Shown: positions 33,641 through 33,824 of the stretch, piece by piece
How positions within the stretch are numbered: position 1 is the stretch's first letter
Layout: each line of letters begins with the position of its first letter
NCBI GenBank assembly: GCA_024278215.1
Contig: JAJRTR010000163.1
Location: 1 to 33,824 of the forward strand
DNA from: a bacterium
GTDB lineage: Bacteria; UBP15; UBA6099; JAJRTR01
Length of the DNA stretch: 33,824 nt
Reading direction: 5' to 3'
The notes under the pieces: generated by a model
Seen by the model: only the letters and a program-made list of their open reading frames with translations
Databases searched by the model: none
What the model was told of the DNA's origin: nothing
Made by a program: the position numbers and the translations under genes

Positions 33641-33824
33641 CTACCCCTTTATTAGCTGTCTGACAACGATTTCCGCCATTCTTTCCGCCGCGCCGGGTGT
33701 GCCGAATATGTCCGGCCTGCTTTTTTTCGGGCTGAAATTATTTATTGCATCCGCTATTTTCCGTCGATCCGCGCCCACAAGCACGTTCCAGCCTTCATCG
33801 ACGGTTTCCGTCCATTCCGTGCGC
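33641..33824 (-). CDS. wecB: UDP-N-acetylglucosamine 2-epimerase (non-hydrolysing), 3' end only
   Basis: Not in the ORF track. Manual translation of the minus strand gives RTEWTETVDEGWNVLVGADRRKIADAINNFSPKKSRPDIFGTPGAAERMAEIVVRQLIKG*, which contains the TEW.ETV..GWN.LVG motif. Runs off the window edge. Confidence 0.8.
   Translation of the reverse strand, partial: RTEWTETVDEGWNVLVGADRRKIADAINNFSPKKSRPDIFGTPGAAERMAEIVVRQLIKG

Noticed and set aside
1-33824. CRISPR array, tRNA/rRNA, integrase or prophage genes
   Set aside because: No regularly spaced repeats, cloverleaf or rRNA-like segments, or recombinase/phage motifs were recognised by eye.

Overview
A 33.8-kb chromosomal window from a bacterium of moderate-to-high GC. 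It is probably an anaerobe, judging by the many B12/radical-SAM enzymes, the multiheme cytochrome and cimA; the taxon cannot be determined. The left third holds fliW, a DUF4159 protein, nucleotide-sugar/envelope genes (Rmd-like reductase, an SDR epimerase broken by one in-frame TAA, a WbpA/WecC-type dehydrogenase, a WecA/TagO-type transferase), cimA and ilvBN. The middle has an exported cytochrome c with 24 CxxCH plus 2 variant heme motifs, and a Gfo/Idh/MocA oxidoreductase fused to an SCP2-like domain. The most unusual part is 14.8-28.6 kb, two divergent operon arms encoding six radical-SAM enzymes (five B12-binding, including two tandem paralog pairs, and one twitch-type). They are interleaved with two DUF2723 (TMEM260-like, GT-C fold) membrane proteins, one carrying TPRs. 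This is a candidate pathway for radical tailoring of a lipid-linked sugar and its transfer to a surface acceptor (inference). The right end has a triple-GAF histidine kinase, a C45 Ntn-hydrolase, a small MshEN-like repeat protein and the 3' end of wecB. Two copies of a 178-bp MITE with 17-bp TIRs and 4-bp target duplications lie at 910-1087 and 10825-11002. No CRISPR array, rRNA, tRNA or transposase was seen. All family calls come from motif recognition by eye; no database searches were run.
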